DNA of 64,000 nt, from NCBI GenBank assembly GCA_045638945.1, contig JAZUCF010000018.1, positions 1,954 to 65,953 on the forward strand, written 5' to 3'. The notes beneath the pieces are model-generated. The model was not told where the DNA came from, did no database searches, and worked only from the letters and a program-made list of their open reading frames with translations. The translations under genes and the position numbers were made by a program. This document shows, piece after piece, positions 37,191 to 47,035 of the stretch (the first letter of the stretch is position 1; the number at the start of each line of letters is the position of its first letter). The DNA comes from Clostridia bacterium (GTDB taxonomy: Bacteria; Bacillota; Clostridia; UMGS1883).

Positions 37191-37958
37191 ATGAATTACA
37201 GTGAAATAATAAATAATTCCTCAATTTATTATATTTATGACGGGAGCTTTGATGGGCTTTTAACGGCGGTGTATCAGGCAGTCTATTCCCGTATAACGCC
37301 CTGCGGAATAGGAACGGAGAAAAACCTCCAGCTCAGCTTTGACACCCGTTACGTGGAGGTAATCACAAACAAAAACTATGCACGCAGGGTGTACAATGCT
37401 CTTTATAAAAAAATAGGCTCGTTCGGACTTCGCCGCATTTACTGCATTTTTTTAAGCAACGACAGCCAAAAGGACCTTATTATATACAAATATATGATGT
37501 TGGGCTTTAAAAACGGGCAAAAGACAAATTCTGCTCTTTCCGACGATACTGTTGCCACTGCATTTCAGATTGCGCAAAATGTTTCACGTGAAACAGAGAG
37601 ATATCGTCAGTTCACACGCTTTAGTGTTATGGACTGGGGTGTTCAATATGCCAAAATAGCTCCCGAAAACAATCTTTTACCGCTTCTTACTCCGTTCTTT
37701 ATACAAAGGCAGAAGGTTATCCCCTTTGTTCTCCACGACGCCACTCATAATCTTTGTGCCGTTTACGATACAAAGGATTGGCATATTTCCTCCTGCAAAG
37801 GATTAACGCCGCCCTCTAAAAGCACCCGTGAAGAAGACGTGGAGAAGCTTTGGAAAACCTTTTTTAACGCTGTCGCAATAAAGGAAAGGCGTAACACTAA
37901 GCTTCAAAGACAGAATATGCCGTCGGTGTACTTTAAAAGCGTATGGAGCATAAGGTAA
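37191..37958 (+). CDS. TIGR03915/DUF4130 putative DNA repair protein
   Basis: YIYDGSFDGLLTA, FTRF, LWKTFFNAVAIKERRN, NMP. Confidence 0.85.
   Translation: MNYSEIINNSSIYYIYDGSFDGLLTAVYQAVYSRITPCGIGTEKNLQLSFDTRYVEVITNKNYARRVYNALYKKIGSFGLRRIYCIFLSNDSQKDLIIYKYMMLGFKNGQKTNSALSDDTVATAFQIAQNVSRETERYRQFTRFSVMDWGVQYAKIAPENNLLPLLTPFFIQRQKVIPFVLHDATHNLCAVYDTKDWHISSCKGLTPPSKSTREEDVEKLWKTFFNAVAIKERRNTKLQRQNMPSVYFKSVWSIR
37580..37595. promoter_or_regulatory. parS site inside a CDS
   Basis: Perfect TGTTTCACGTGAAACA. Confidence 0.85.
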
Positions 37959-37968
37959 AGGGGAAAGG

Positions 37969-38013
37969 AAAAAAGAGGTGTAAAAAAGTCTGACTTTTTT
38001 ACACCTCTTTTTT
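37969..38013. terminator. 45-bp palindrome between convergent genes
   Basis: AAAAAAGAGGTGTAAAAAAGTC-T-GACTTTTTTACACCTCTTTTTT. Confidence 0.75.
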
Positions 38014-38021
38014 GTCTTTTC

Positions 38022-39293
38022 TTATTTAATTACTGTCTTCCCGCCCATATAGGGAACAAGAACCTCGGGAATGGTGATGCTTCCGTCCTCGTTCTGGTAG
38101 TTTTCAAGAATTGCCGCTACAGTTCTTCCTACTGCAACGCCGCTACCGTTAAGGGTGTGAACAAACTGTGCCTTTCCGCCCTGTCCGTCCTTATATTTGA
38201 TATTTGCTCTTCTTGCCTGGAAATCCTCGAAGTTACTGCATGAAGAAATCTCAACATATCTGTTGTAAGAGGGCATCCATACCTCTATATCATACTTCTT
38301 TGCCGCTGTAAAGCCGAGGTCTCCGATACAGATTCTTACCACTCTGTAGGGAAGCCCCAATCCCTGAAGAACTCTTTCAGCATCATTTGTGAGCTTTTCA
38401 AGCTCTTCATAGGAATCTTCGGGCTTTGTGAATTTAACAAGCTCTACCTTGTTGAACTGATGCTGGCGGATAAGGCCTCTTGTATCTCGCCCTGCACTTC
38501 CTGCTTCTGCACGGAAGCAAGCAGTGTATGCAACGTGCTTAATGGGGAGCTGATTTCCGTCAAGAATCTGTTCGCGGTACATATTTGTTACGGGAACTTC
38601 TGCTGTGGGAACAAGGAAATACTCTGTTCCTGCTACTTTGAAAGCATCTTCTTCAAATTTGGGAAGCTGACCTGTTCCTATCATAGAATTTCTATGCACC
38701 ATAAAGGGAGGGAAAACCTCTGTATATCCGTGTTTTTCGGTATGTGTGTCAAGATAATAGTTAATTACGGCTCTTTCAAGTCTTGCACCGATATCCTTAT
38801 AAACAGTGAAGCGTGCACCTGTGATTTTTGCGGCTGTGTCGGGGTCGAGAACACCCAAATCCTTACCCAAATCCCAATGCGCCTTAGGCTCAAAGCCGAA
38901 ATTCTTAGGCTCACCGAACTTTCTGATTTCTATATTATCCTCGTCTGTATCACCGTCGGGAACGGAATCGTGGGGAATATTGGGAATTGTGAGCATCATG
39001 CGGTTAAGCTCGTCCTCTACTTCACGCACCTCGGCATCAAGAGATTTAATCTTTTCGGATATTTCTTTCATTTCGGCAAAAACCGCGGTTGTATCCTCGC
39101 CCGCCTTTTTCATAGCAGGGATTTTCTTTGTAACCTCGTTCTGCTTTGCCTTAAGCCCCTCTACCTCAACCAAAAGAGCACGTCTTTTATCGTCTGTGGC
39201 AATAACCGCATCAATATCAACGTTTTCTTTTCTTCTTCCAAGGGCAGCCTTAACCTTTTCGGTTTCTCCTCTTATAAGTTTAAGATCCAACAT
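38022..39293 (-). CDS. serS: Serine--tRNA ligase
   Basis: [34 protein letters not shown]. Confidence 0.97.
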   Translation of the reverse strand: MLDLKLIRGETEKVKAALGRRKENVDIDAVIATDDKRRALLVEVEGLKAKQNEVTKKIPAMKKAGEDTTAVFAEMKEISEKIKSLDAEVREVEDELNRMMLTIPNIPHDSVPDGDTDEDNIEIRKFGEPKNFGFEPKAHWDLGKDLGVLDPDTAAKITGARFTVYKDIGARLERAVINYYLDTHTEKHGYTEVFPPFMVHRNSMIGTGQLPKFEEDAFKVAGTEYFLVPTAEVPVTNMYREQILDGNQLPIKHVAYTACFRAEAGSAGRDTRGLIRQHQFNKVELVKFTKPEDSYEELEKLTNDAERVLQGLGLPYRVVRICIGDLGFTAAKKYDIEVWMPSYNRYVEISSCSNFEDFQARRANIKYKDGQGGKAQFVHTLNGSGVAVGRTVAAILENYQNEDGSITIPEVLVPYMGGKTVIK

Positions 39294-39334
39294 TTACAAA
39301 ACTTCCTTTCGTATTTAAAACCCTACGGGCAATT

Positions 39335-40174
39335 TTAATTCAATATATCTACAATTCTTGTTAAATCGGCTACGGAATAAAACTCAATTTCAATTTTACC
39401 CTTCCGATTTCCCTTTATACGCACCTTTGTTCCATATTTCTGGGACAATTCACGCTCCACATCGGGATATACGCTTTCCTTGCTCCCTCTTTTCTTCTTA
39501 GGCTCCGTCGGTCTTTCCTGTCCAAGGGCTTCCGCCTGCCTTACATTAAGCCCCTCGGAAATTATTCTCTTTGCCGTTTCCACACGCCCTTTTCCCTCAG
39601 GGAGAGAAAGAAGCGCTCTGGCATGGCCCATAGTAAGCTTATTTTGAGCAAGCATTTCTTTTATTTCATCCTCTAAGGACAAAAGTCTTAGCATATTGGC
39701 AATGTTACTGCGGCTTTTTCCCACTCTTTCGCTTACCTTGTCCTGCGTCATTGAGAATCTGTCTATCAAAGTCTTATATCCCAGTGCTTCTTCTATGGGG
39801 TTGAGGTCCTCTCTCTGTAAATTTTCAATGAGGGCTACCTCAGCTATCTGAAGTTCATCATAAGTTCTGATTATTGCGGGGATTTCTGATAAATTGGCAA
39901 GTTTACTTGCTCTCCATCTTCTTTCTCCCGCTATAATGCTGTAATATCCGTTTTGCCCCGGTGTCACTATAATGGGCTGGATTACTCCGTGTTCCGCAAT
40001 GGAATTTGCAAGAGCCTGAAGCTGCTCGCGGTCAAAATTCTTTCTGGGCTGGTCACGCCTCGGCTCCACAAGGCTTATTTTAAGCATTTTTACCTCGTCC
40101 TGTTTTGCCTCCTGCACGGCTTCGTCACTGCGTGAAAAAAGTGCATCAAGCCCTTGCCCTAAAACTCTTTTCAT
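39335..40174 (-). CDS. parB: Chromosome partitioning protein ParB/Spo0J
   Basis: LGQGLDALF, QPR, AGERRWRA, ENLQREDL, KSRSNIAN HTH. Confidence 0.95.
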   Translation of the reverse strand: MKRVLGQGLDALFSRSDEAVQEAKQDEVKMLKISLVEPRRDQPRKNFDREQLQALANSIAEHGVIQPIIVTPGQNGYYSIIAGERRWRASKLANLSEIPAIIRTYDELQIAEVALIENLQREDLNPIEEALGYKTLIDRFSMTQDKVSERVGKSRSNIANMLRLLSLEDEIKEMLAQNKLTMGHARALLSLPEGKGRVETAKRIISEGLNVRQAEALGQERPTEPKKKRGSKESVYPDVERELSQKYGTKVRIKGNRKGKIEIEFYSVADLTRIVDILN

Positions 40175-40175
40175 T

Positions 40176-40955
40176 TCAGTTCTCCTGCCCTTCCTTATTA
40201 TTTTCGGCTACCTCGTCCGCAAGCTCCATATAAGCCTCGGCACCCTTTGACGATTCGTCATAGTATATAACAGGTTTTCCAAATCCCGGTGCCTCGCTTA
40301 TCCTCACATTTCTCGGGATAATGGTTCTGTAAACCTTTCCGGGGAAAAACCGCTTAACCTCATCAACAACCTGCACCGCAAGATTTGTTCTGGCGTCATA
40401 CATGGTCATAACAATTCCCTCTATATATAATGCGGGATTGAGCGCCTTTTTAATTCTTTTTACTGTTTCCACGAGCTGGCTTACTCCCTCAAGAGCATAA
40501 AACTCGCACTGAATCGGGATTATAATGCTGTTTGCCGCCGTTAAAGTATTTATAGTAATAAGTCCGAGCGACGGCGGTGAATCAATAAAGATGAAATCAT
40601 ATTCATCTTTCACCGATTCAAGGCTTTCCTTAAGCCTGTTTTCCCTGCCAATTACGCTTATCAGCTCAATTTCAGCACCCGAAAGGTCTAAGTTTGATGG
40701 ACAGAGACTGAGGTTTTCATACTGCGTTGCGATTGCCGCCTCGCTCATGGGGGTTTCGTTTACAAGGCAATCATACACGGTTTTTTCACATCTTCTTTTA
40801 TCCACACCAAGGCCGCTTGTGGAATTTCCCTGGGGGTCTATATCAACCAGCAAAACCTTTTTTCCCATCTTCGCAAGACTTGCCGCAAGATTAACAGTTG
40901 TGGTTGTTTTTCCGACGCCGCCTTTCTGATTTGCCACGGCTATTATTTTGCTCAA
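40176..40955 (-). CDS. parA: ParA/Soj ATPase
   Basis: NQKGGVGKTTT, DPQGN, PPSLG, IPRNVRISEAP. Confidence 0.96.
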   Translation of the reverse strand: MSKIIAVANQKGGVGKTTTTVNLAASLAKMGKKVLLVDIDPQGNSTSGLGVDKRRCEKTVYDCLVNETPMSEAAIATQYENLSLCPSNLDLSGAEIELISVIGRENRLKESLESVKDEYDFIFIDSPPSLGLITINTLTAANSIIIPIQCEFYALEGVSQLVETVKRIKKALNPALYIEGIVMTMYDARTNLAVQVVDEVKRFFPGKVYRTIIPRNVRISEAPGFGKPVIYYDESSKGAEAYMELADEVAENNKEGQEN

Positions 40956-40998
40956 TTCTGTCCCTCCTTTTTTCGTTTTCTACATTATAACACAAAAA

Positions 40999-41014
40999 TG
41001 TTTCACGTGAAACA
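40999..41014. promoter_or_regulatory. parS site
   Basis: Perfect TGTTTCACGTGAAACA in a 26-bp palindrome. Confidence 0.93.
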
Positions 41015-41044
41015 TTTTTTTACGTTTTTTTCTAAAAAATACTA

Positions 41045-41060
41045 TGTTTCACGTGAAACA
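41045..41060. promoter_or_regulatory. parS site
   Basis: Perfect TGTTTCACGTGAAACA in a 38-bp perfect palindrome (41034-41071). Confidence 0.93.
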
Positions 41061-41073
41061 TAGTATTTTTTCG

Positions 41074-41862
41074 TCATTTATACACTTTTATGCGGTACTC
41101 TATGTATTTTTCGTTCTCGTTTTCGTCCGTTTCCGTCCTTGCACCGTTCCTTTTAAGCAGATTTATTGTATTTTTCACAGTATTCTTATATAAAAGCGTA
41201 TTTGCACCTTTCCTTTTTTCATATTTCTTTCGTTCTTTTCCCTCTTCCGAAAGTTCCCTTTGAATCTGGCGCACAAGCTCTGCTGTTTCCTTTTTAGTTA
41301 ATTCCTGCTCTTTTATGGTTTCTATTACTTTCAGCCTGTTTTCTTCGTCGTGCAGCTTAAGAATGTCGGAAAGCATGTCCTCGTTTATTTTATATTCTTC
41401 GATTTTATAGCGTTCCTTTTCCGAAAAGCGGAGTAGCTGAAGTTTTCTCGCTAATTGCGCTCCGTTTTCAAAAAAGCCGTTTGTAATTTTGTCTTTTTTT
41501 ATATTATGATATGATAAAAGGTTAAAAAAGCCCTCTGCCTCTTCATATTTGGTAAGATTTGCACGGCACAAATTCTCCTCGATGCTCATAACGGCACATT
41601 TTGAATCATTCGCCCTTATTATAATTGCAGGCACGCTTTCCATATTTGCCATTCTTGCGGCTATAATTCTTCTTTGTCCGCATATAATCTCATATCCGTT
41701 TAAAGACGGTCTTAAAACCACGGGGGAAATCATTCCCGAATTTTTGATTGACCGGCAAAGAAAAAGAAGCTCTTTTTGGTTGAAATTACGGCGTAGTTGA
41801 TAAGGATTGGGCAAAATATCTTTTATATTAATCATCTTTATCTTTTGACCACTTTTTATCAT
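41074..41862 (-). CDS. noc: Divergent Noc/YyaA-position ParB-family protein
   Basis: PNPYQLR, GQRR, EENLCR; syntenic position between rsmG and parA. Confidence 0.7.
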   Translation of the reverse strand: MIKSGQKIKMINIKDILPNPYQLRRNFNQKELLFLCRSIKNSGMISPVVLRPSLNGYEIICGQRRIIAARMANMESVPAIIIRANDSKCAVMSIEENLCRANLTKYEEAEGFFNLLSYHNIKKDKITNGFFENGAQLARKLQLLRFSEKERYKIEEYKINEDMLSDILKLHDEENRLKVIETIKEQELTKKETAELVRQIQRELSEEGKERKKYEKRKGANTLLYKNTVKNTINLLKRNGARTETDENENEKYIEYRIKVYK

Positions 41863-42024
41863 CAGAAAACTTCCTTTCAATAAAGCTATTATAATTTTAT
41901 CATAAAAAAGACGTATAATAAATAGAAAGTTTTCGCCTTATTACAGGCTTTTGCGGCTTATTTTCCTTTAAACAAACAAAAAAGACAGACCTTTAACAAA
42001 GGCTGTCCTTTTTCGATTTGTTTT

Positions 42025-42729
42025 TTACCTTATTGGACTTTTATGCGGTGTGCCTGCTTTTCTCGGATATTTTGACGGGGTGTTTTTAACCTTTTTGATT
42101 ATTACTATACAGTGGTTTATTCCCGACGGCAGAGTGATTTCTTTCACGCTTTCAATTTCTCCGCCCATTTCTTTTATTGCTTTTTTTGCTCCGTTAATTT
42201 CTTCCTCCGGTGCATTTCCTTTCATTGCAACGAAATATCCGCCTGTTCTTACAAAAGGAAGTGCGTATTCCGACAAAACCGAAAGGTCTGCAACGGCTCT
42301 GGCTGTTGCTACATCAAACTTTTCTCTTAAATCCTTGTTTTTTCCGCCATCCTCCGCACGAGAATGAATGGCTCTTATTTTTGTAAGCCCAAGCTCCTTT
42401 ATAACATCATTTAAAAAGTTAATTCTTTTATTGAGAGAATCAAGCATTGTTACATCTAAATCCTCTCTTACTATTTTAACGGGCAGAGAGGGAAAGCCTG
42501 CACCTGCACCTATATCTATCAGGCTGCAGCCTTTCTCAAGTTTTTCACTAAGGAGCAGTGTCACCGAGTCGAGGAAGTGCTTTTCTTTAACCTCGTCAGG
42601 CTCCGTTATAGCCGTCAAATTCATAAATTCATTGTAGTGAAGCAGCATTTTTGCGTACTTTGCAAACATTTCATTTGCTTTTTCGCTTATCTCAATATTC
42701 AAATTCAATGCTTCTTTTATTAAATCCAT
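42025..42729 (-). CDS. rsmG: 16S rRNA m7G527 methyltransferase
   Basis: NLTAI, HFLDS, DIGAGAGFP, ARAVA, YPRKAG. Confidence 0.96.
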   Translation of the reverse strand: MDLIKEALNLNIEISEKANEMFAKYAKMLLHYNEFMNLTAITEPDEVKEKHFLDSVTLLLSEKLEKGCSLIDIGAGAGFPSLPVKIVREDLDVTMLDSLNKRINFLNDVIKELGLTKIRAIHSRAEDGGKNKDLREKFDVATARAVADLSVLSEYALPFVRTGGYFVAMKGNAPEEEINGAKKAIKEMGGEIESVKEITLPSGINHCIVIIKKVKNTPSKYPRKAGTPHKSPIR

Positions 42730-42738
42730 CTTTATTCC

Positions 42739-44601
42739 TCACTTCTGCGTTGCAAGATATATAAGCAAAACGCCTATGTCCGCCGGGCTTACTCCGCTTA
42801 TTCTGCTTGCTCTGCCTATATTTTCGGGACGCATTTTTTCAAGCTTTTGCCGTGCCTCTGTTCTAAGACCATATACTTTTGAATAATCTATGTCCTCGGG
42901 AATCAGTTTTTTCTCATTTTTAGCGAATTTTTCTACCTGTTCAAACTGTCTTTTAATATATCCCTCATATTTTACGGCAATTTCAGCCTGTTGCCATTCC
43001 TCTTTTTTAAGAACGGGCCTTTCCTTGTCAAAGGGGGCGAGAGATTCATAGTCAAGCTCAGGTCTTCTTATTAATTCTGCCAATTTTATTCCTGTTGAAA
43101 GGGTTTGACTTCCATTTTCTTCCAAATATTTGTTTATATCCTTGCTCGGAGGTATGTTAACGGAGTTAATTCTTTCAATCTCTTTTTCTATGTTTGCTTT
43201 CTTTTCAAGGAATTTCTCATATCTTTCCTCTGAAATAAGCCCTATTTCATATCCTGTGGGAGTAAGACGCAAATCGGCATTATCCTGACGAAGCAAAAGC
43301 CTGTATTCTGCACGCGAGGTTAACATTCTGTAAGGCTCGTTTGTACCCTTTGTCACCAAATCATCTATAAGAACACCGATATACGCTTCACTCCTGTCGA
43401 AAATAACAGGGGAGAGCCCTTTTAATTTCCTTGCGGCGTTAATACCTGCAATAAGTCCCTGTGCCGCCGCTTCCTCATAACCGCTGGTGCCGTTAAACTG
43501 CCCAGCCCCGTAGAGATTGGGAATTTCCCTCATTTCAAGGGAGGGCTTTAACTGCAAGGGATTGCAGCAATCGTACTCAATCGCATACGCACTTCGCATT
43601 ATTTCAACGTTTTCCAGCCCTTCCATAGTTCTGAGCATTGAAAGCTGTACATCTTCGGGAAGGCTTGTACTCATTCCCTGCAGGTACATTTCCTCTGTAG
43701 TAAGTCCCATCGGCTCAATGAATACCTGATGACGCTCACGGTCGCTGAAGCGTACCACCTTATCCTCAATCGAGGGGCAATATCTGGGGCCTACTCCGTC
43801 AATCAAGCCGTTAAAAAGAGGGCTTCTGTGCAGATTTTCCTTTATTATATCATGTGTTTTGGTATTTGTGTACGTAAGATAGCAAGAAACCTTGTTTTCC
43901 GCTTTTTCTTCCGTTTCAAAGGAAAAGGGGATAATATCCTCGTCACCCTCCTGAATTTCAAGTCTTGAAAAATCGATGCTTCGTCTGTGAACGCGTGTGG
44001 GAGTACCTGTTTTAAAACGCATCATTTCCACGCCGAGCTTCTGCAAGCTTTCGCTTAAACCACTCGATGGGAAAAGCCCGTCGGGACCGCCACTATAGGC
44101 ACATTCACCGATTATTATTTTTCCCTCCATATAAGTTCCCGTGGATAAAATTACGCTTTTTGCGTAAAATTTCGTCCCTGTATGTATTGTAAGAACAAAA
44201 TTTTCCCCGTCTTTTTCAACTGTCTTTACTTCTGCCTGCCTTATATAGAGATTTTCCTGATTTTCAAGCCTTTTTTTCATCTCAATCTGATATGCACGCC
44301 GGTCAGACTGTGCACGAAGGGAATGAACGGCAGGACCTTTTCTTAAATTTAACATTCGTGTCTGAATTTTTGTAAGGTCTGCTACCTTTCCCATTTCTCC
44401 GCCCAGTGCATCTATTTCGCGGACAAGATGCCCCTTTGCAGTACCTCCTATGGAGGGGTTACAGGGCATATTTGCAATTGAATCAAGGTTTATTGTGAGA
44501 ATAATTGTTTTCATTCCCAATCTTGCAGAAGCAAGTGCAGCTTCACAGCCTGCATGCCCTGCTCCCACAACAGCTATATCAAAATTAAATGTGTTATCCA
44601 T
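42739..44601 (-). CDS. mnmG: tRNA modification enzyme MnmG/GidA
   Basis: [37 protein letters not shown]. Confidence 0.97.
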   Translation of the reverse strand: MDNTFNFDIAVVGAGHAGCEAALASARLGMKTIILTINLDSIANMPCNPSIGGTAKGHLVREIDALGGEMGKVADLTKIQTRMLNLRKGPAVHSLRAQSDRRAYQIEMKKRLENQENLYIRQAEVKTVEKDGENFVLTIHTGTKFYAKSVILSTGTYMEGKIIIGECAYSGGPDGLFPSSGLSESLQKLGVEMMRFKTGTPTRVHRRSIDFSRLEIQEGDEDIIPFSFETEEKAENKVSCYLTYTNTKTHDIIKENLHRSPLFNGLIDGVGPRYCPSIEDKVVRFSDRERHQVFIEPMGLTTEEMYLQGMSTSLPEDVQLSMLRTMEGLENVEIMRSAYAIEYDCCNPLQLKPSLEMREIPNLYGAGQFNGTSGYEEAAAQGLIAGINAARKLKGLSPVIFDRSEAYIGVLIDDLVTKGTNEPYRMLTSRAEYRLLLRQDNADLRLTPTGYEIGLISEERYEKFLEKKANIEKEIERINSVNIPPSKDINKYLEENGSQTLSTGIKLAELIRRPELDYESLAPFDKERPVLKKEEWQQAEIAVKYEGYIKRQFEQVEKFAKNEKKLIPEDIDYSKVYGLRTEARQKLEKMRPENIGRASRISGVSPADIGVLLIYLATQK

Positions 44602-44655
44602 ATATAATACCTTCTTTTAAAACTTCTTTTGCGAAAGGATGACCTTGTCATCCGC

Positions 44656-45987
44656 TCACTTTCCAAGACAGAATTTCTCAAAGATGCGGTCAACGGTTTC
44701 CTGATTTATGCTTATTCCCTCGGCTTCTCCCAAAAATTCTATTGCATTACCTATATCTATCGCCGCAAGGTCGCTGAAAAAGCCGTCTTCCATTGTTTGT
44801 ATTGCTTTTTCTATGCTTTCATATGCTCTTACCACAGCTTCAAACTGCCTTTCATTTGCTATAAAAGCGGTGCTTTCAGTGCTTCCTATTATATCCGACA
44901 CAGCTTTTTTCACCTTTTCTATGCCTTCATTTTCCTTTGCACTGATTTCAATATACCCCTCTTTTCCTTTTTCGTCAAGGTCTTTTTTATTTGCTACAAG
45001 AATATATTCTTTTTCTTTTATTCTTTCAAGAATTTCTTTTTCTTCCTCCGTTAAATCCCTGCCGCATTCCGTTACAAATATACATATATCGGCATTTTTA
45101 ATATAATCGTAGCTTAAATCCACACCTATTTTTTCTACCACATCATCACTTTGGCGAATACCTGCCGTATCACCGAATTTTACGGGGATTCCGTCTATAT
45201 CGGCATATTCCTCGACCACATCACGTGTTGTGCCTGCAATATTTGTAACAATGGCTCTTTTTTTCTCTACAAGGGCATTAAGGAGCGAGCTTTTACCCGT
45301 ATTGGGGATTCCGCAGATGGCACAGCTTATACCGCTGTTTAAAGCTTCGCCTCTCCTCGCACTTTTCTTAAGCTCTGCAAGCTCGTTTTTTATGTTTTCA
45401 AGCTTGCCCGATAATTCTCCGCCTGCAAAGGTATCAATATCTTCTTCGGGAAAATCGCTTGCAACCTGTATTGATGCCAGTAAATCAAGAAGCTCCTCAC
45501 GAATTTTTATAATGGGCTTTGTTATACCGCCCTCAAGTCTGTTCACGGCGGCATAAAGTGCGGCATCCGTCTTTGATTCAATAATATCGCTTACGGCTTC
45601 CGCCTGAGTAAGGCTCATTTTGCCGTTTAAAAAGGCTCTTTTTGTAAATTCACCCTTCCCCGCCATACTGCACCCTGCCTGAAGCAGTGCATCTATAATT
45701 CTTTCCACACTGACAGGCGAACCGTGGCAGCTTATTTCACATACATTTTCCCCTGTAAATGAATTGGGTGCTCTGAAAACACTTACCAATACTTCATCTA
45801 TTTCACGGTTTTCGCATATTGCTTTTCCGTATACAATGGTATATCCGTCGGCATTAGTTATTTTTTTATTTGATTTAACTATCTTCTGCGTTATTTCAAG
45901 GGCTTTTTCACCGCTTACTCTTATTACGGCAATTCCTCCTTTTCCGCGGGGTGTGGAAAGGGCACAAATCGTATTATTTTCAATCAT
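44656..45987 (-). CDS. mnmE: tRNA modification GTPase MnmE
   Basis: APNSFTGE, GIPNTGKSS, GTTRD, DTAG, FCLGK. Confidence 0.96.
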   Translation of the reverse strand: MIENNTICALSTPRGKGGIAVIRVSGEKALEITQKIVKSNKKITNADGYTIVYGKAICENREIDEVLVSVFRAPNSFTGENVCEISCHGSPVSVERIIDALLQAGCSMAGKGEFTKRAFLNGKMSLTQAEAVSDIIESKTDAALYAAVNRLEGGITKPIIKIREELLDLLASIQVASDFPEEDIDTFAGGELSGKLENIKNELAELKKSARRGEALNSGISCAICGIPNTGKSSLLNALVEKKRAIVTNIAGTTRDVVEEYADIDGIPVKFGDTAGIRQSDDVVEKIGVDLSYDYIKNADICIFVTECGRDLTEEEKEILERIKEKEYILVANKKDLDEKGKEGYIEISAKENEGIEKVKKAVSDIIGSTESTAFIANERQFEAVVRAYESIEKAIQTMEDGFFSDLAAIDIGNAIEFLGEAEGISINQETVDRIFEKFCLGK

Positions 45988-46117
45988 TTTTATCACTGCC
46001 TTTAAAATAAAAATAAGAGGCAAAAGTACACTTCTCATAAGATTTTATCTTATAAGAAAGACCTTTCACCTCTTTCTTTCATTATTTGATTTAATTAAGC
46101 ACATTCCGAAAAGGCTC

Positions 46118-46333
46118 AAAAGTAGTACAGAATTCATGAACTGAACCCTTTAGGGCTTGCCCGAAGGCGTACGTGGGTACGTCGAGGGTGAAGTTCGTGG
46201 ATAGCAAAACACATATAATCCGAAATTCGCACCAGCGAATTTCTTCTTCACTCAATCAAAGAACCCTTGTAAGTTACTTCACTAAAGGCACTTTTCCTTG
46301 TTTTTTTTGTGTTTTGCGATCTGTGCTGCTTTT
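46118..46333 (+). repeat. Structured intergenic repeat, family A copy 3
   Basis: Core 46124-46210; AAAAGTAGTACAGA pairs with TCTGTGCTGCTTTT. Confidence 0.9.
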
Positions 46334-46341
46334 CAGGCTTT

Positions 46342-47034
46342 TTATACTCCTTCGAGTTCGTTTTCTTTGCGGTTATAACGATATTTTGAAACGTATCCTT
46401 CGCCGTACTCTTTCTTTTTCGTTGTAATTACAACAGAGCGGTTGGGGTCTTTACCTGTTGAATAAGTAGTTACGTTTCTGTATTCCTGGAGTGCGGAATG
46501 AATAATTCTTCTCTCATTGGGATTCATAGGCTCAAGAGTTATGCTCTTTCTTGTTCTTGCAACAACGCCTGCCATTCTTTTTGCAAGCTTTATAAGAGTT
46601 TCTTCTCTTTTTCCGCGGTAGTTTTCCGTATCAATGGTAACACGGATGTAGTTTTCCTCACCCTTATTTACAACCAGGGATGTAAGGTACTGGAGGGCAT
46701 CGAGAGTATCGCCTCTTCTGCCGATAACCTTTCCTACTTCCTCACTGTCTCCTAATATTTCGATATTTACTGTTTCATCCTCGTAAGAAGCCTTAATCTC
46801 TACGTCAATTCCAAAGCTATTCATTACGCTTTTAATGTACTTTTCAGCTTTATTAAGAGGAGTTTCCTCCATTTTTACTCTTACCTTTGCTTCCTCAGAG
46901 CCGATTCCCAAAATACCGCGCTTTCCCTCGTTGATAACTTCTATTTCTACTTCATCCTTTGTTACTCCGAGCTCGTTAAGCGCCGCATTTACTGCATCAT
47001 CAATTGTTTTTGCGCTTTTTTCAATTATTATCAT
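46342..47034 (-). CDS. jag: RNA-binding protein Jag/EloR/KhpB
   Basis: Jag N domain, KH (IGRRGDTLDALQ), R3H (ERRIIH). Confidence 0.93.
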   Translation of the reverse strand: MIIIEKSAKTIDDAVNAALNELGVTKDEVEIEVINEGKRGILGIGSEEAKVRVKMEETPLNKAEKYIKSVMNSFGIDVEIKASYEDETVNIEILGDSEEVGKVIGRRGDTLDALQYLTSLVVNKGEENYIRVTIDTENYRGKREETLIKLAKRMAGVVARTRKSITLEPMNPNERRIIHSALQEYRNVTTYSTGKDPNRSVVITTKKKEYGEGYVSKYRYNRKENELEGV

Positions 47035-47035
47035 T

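Noticed and set aside
39294-39334. T-box leader expected before serS (and before proB)
   Set aside because: The spacers are only 41 bp and 14 bp, leaving no room
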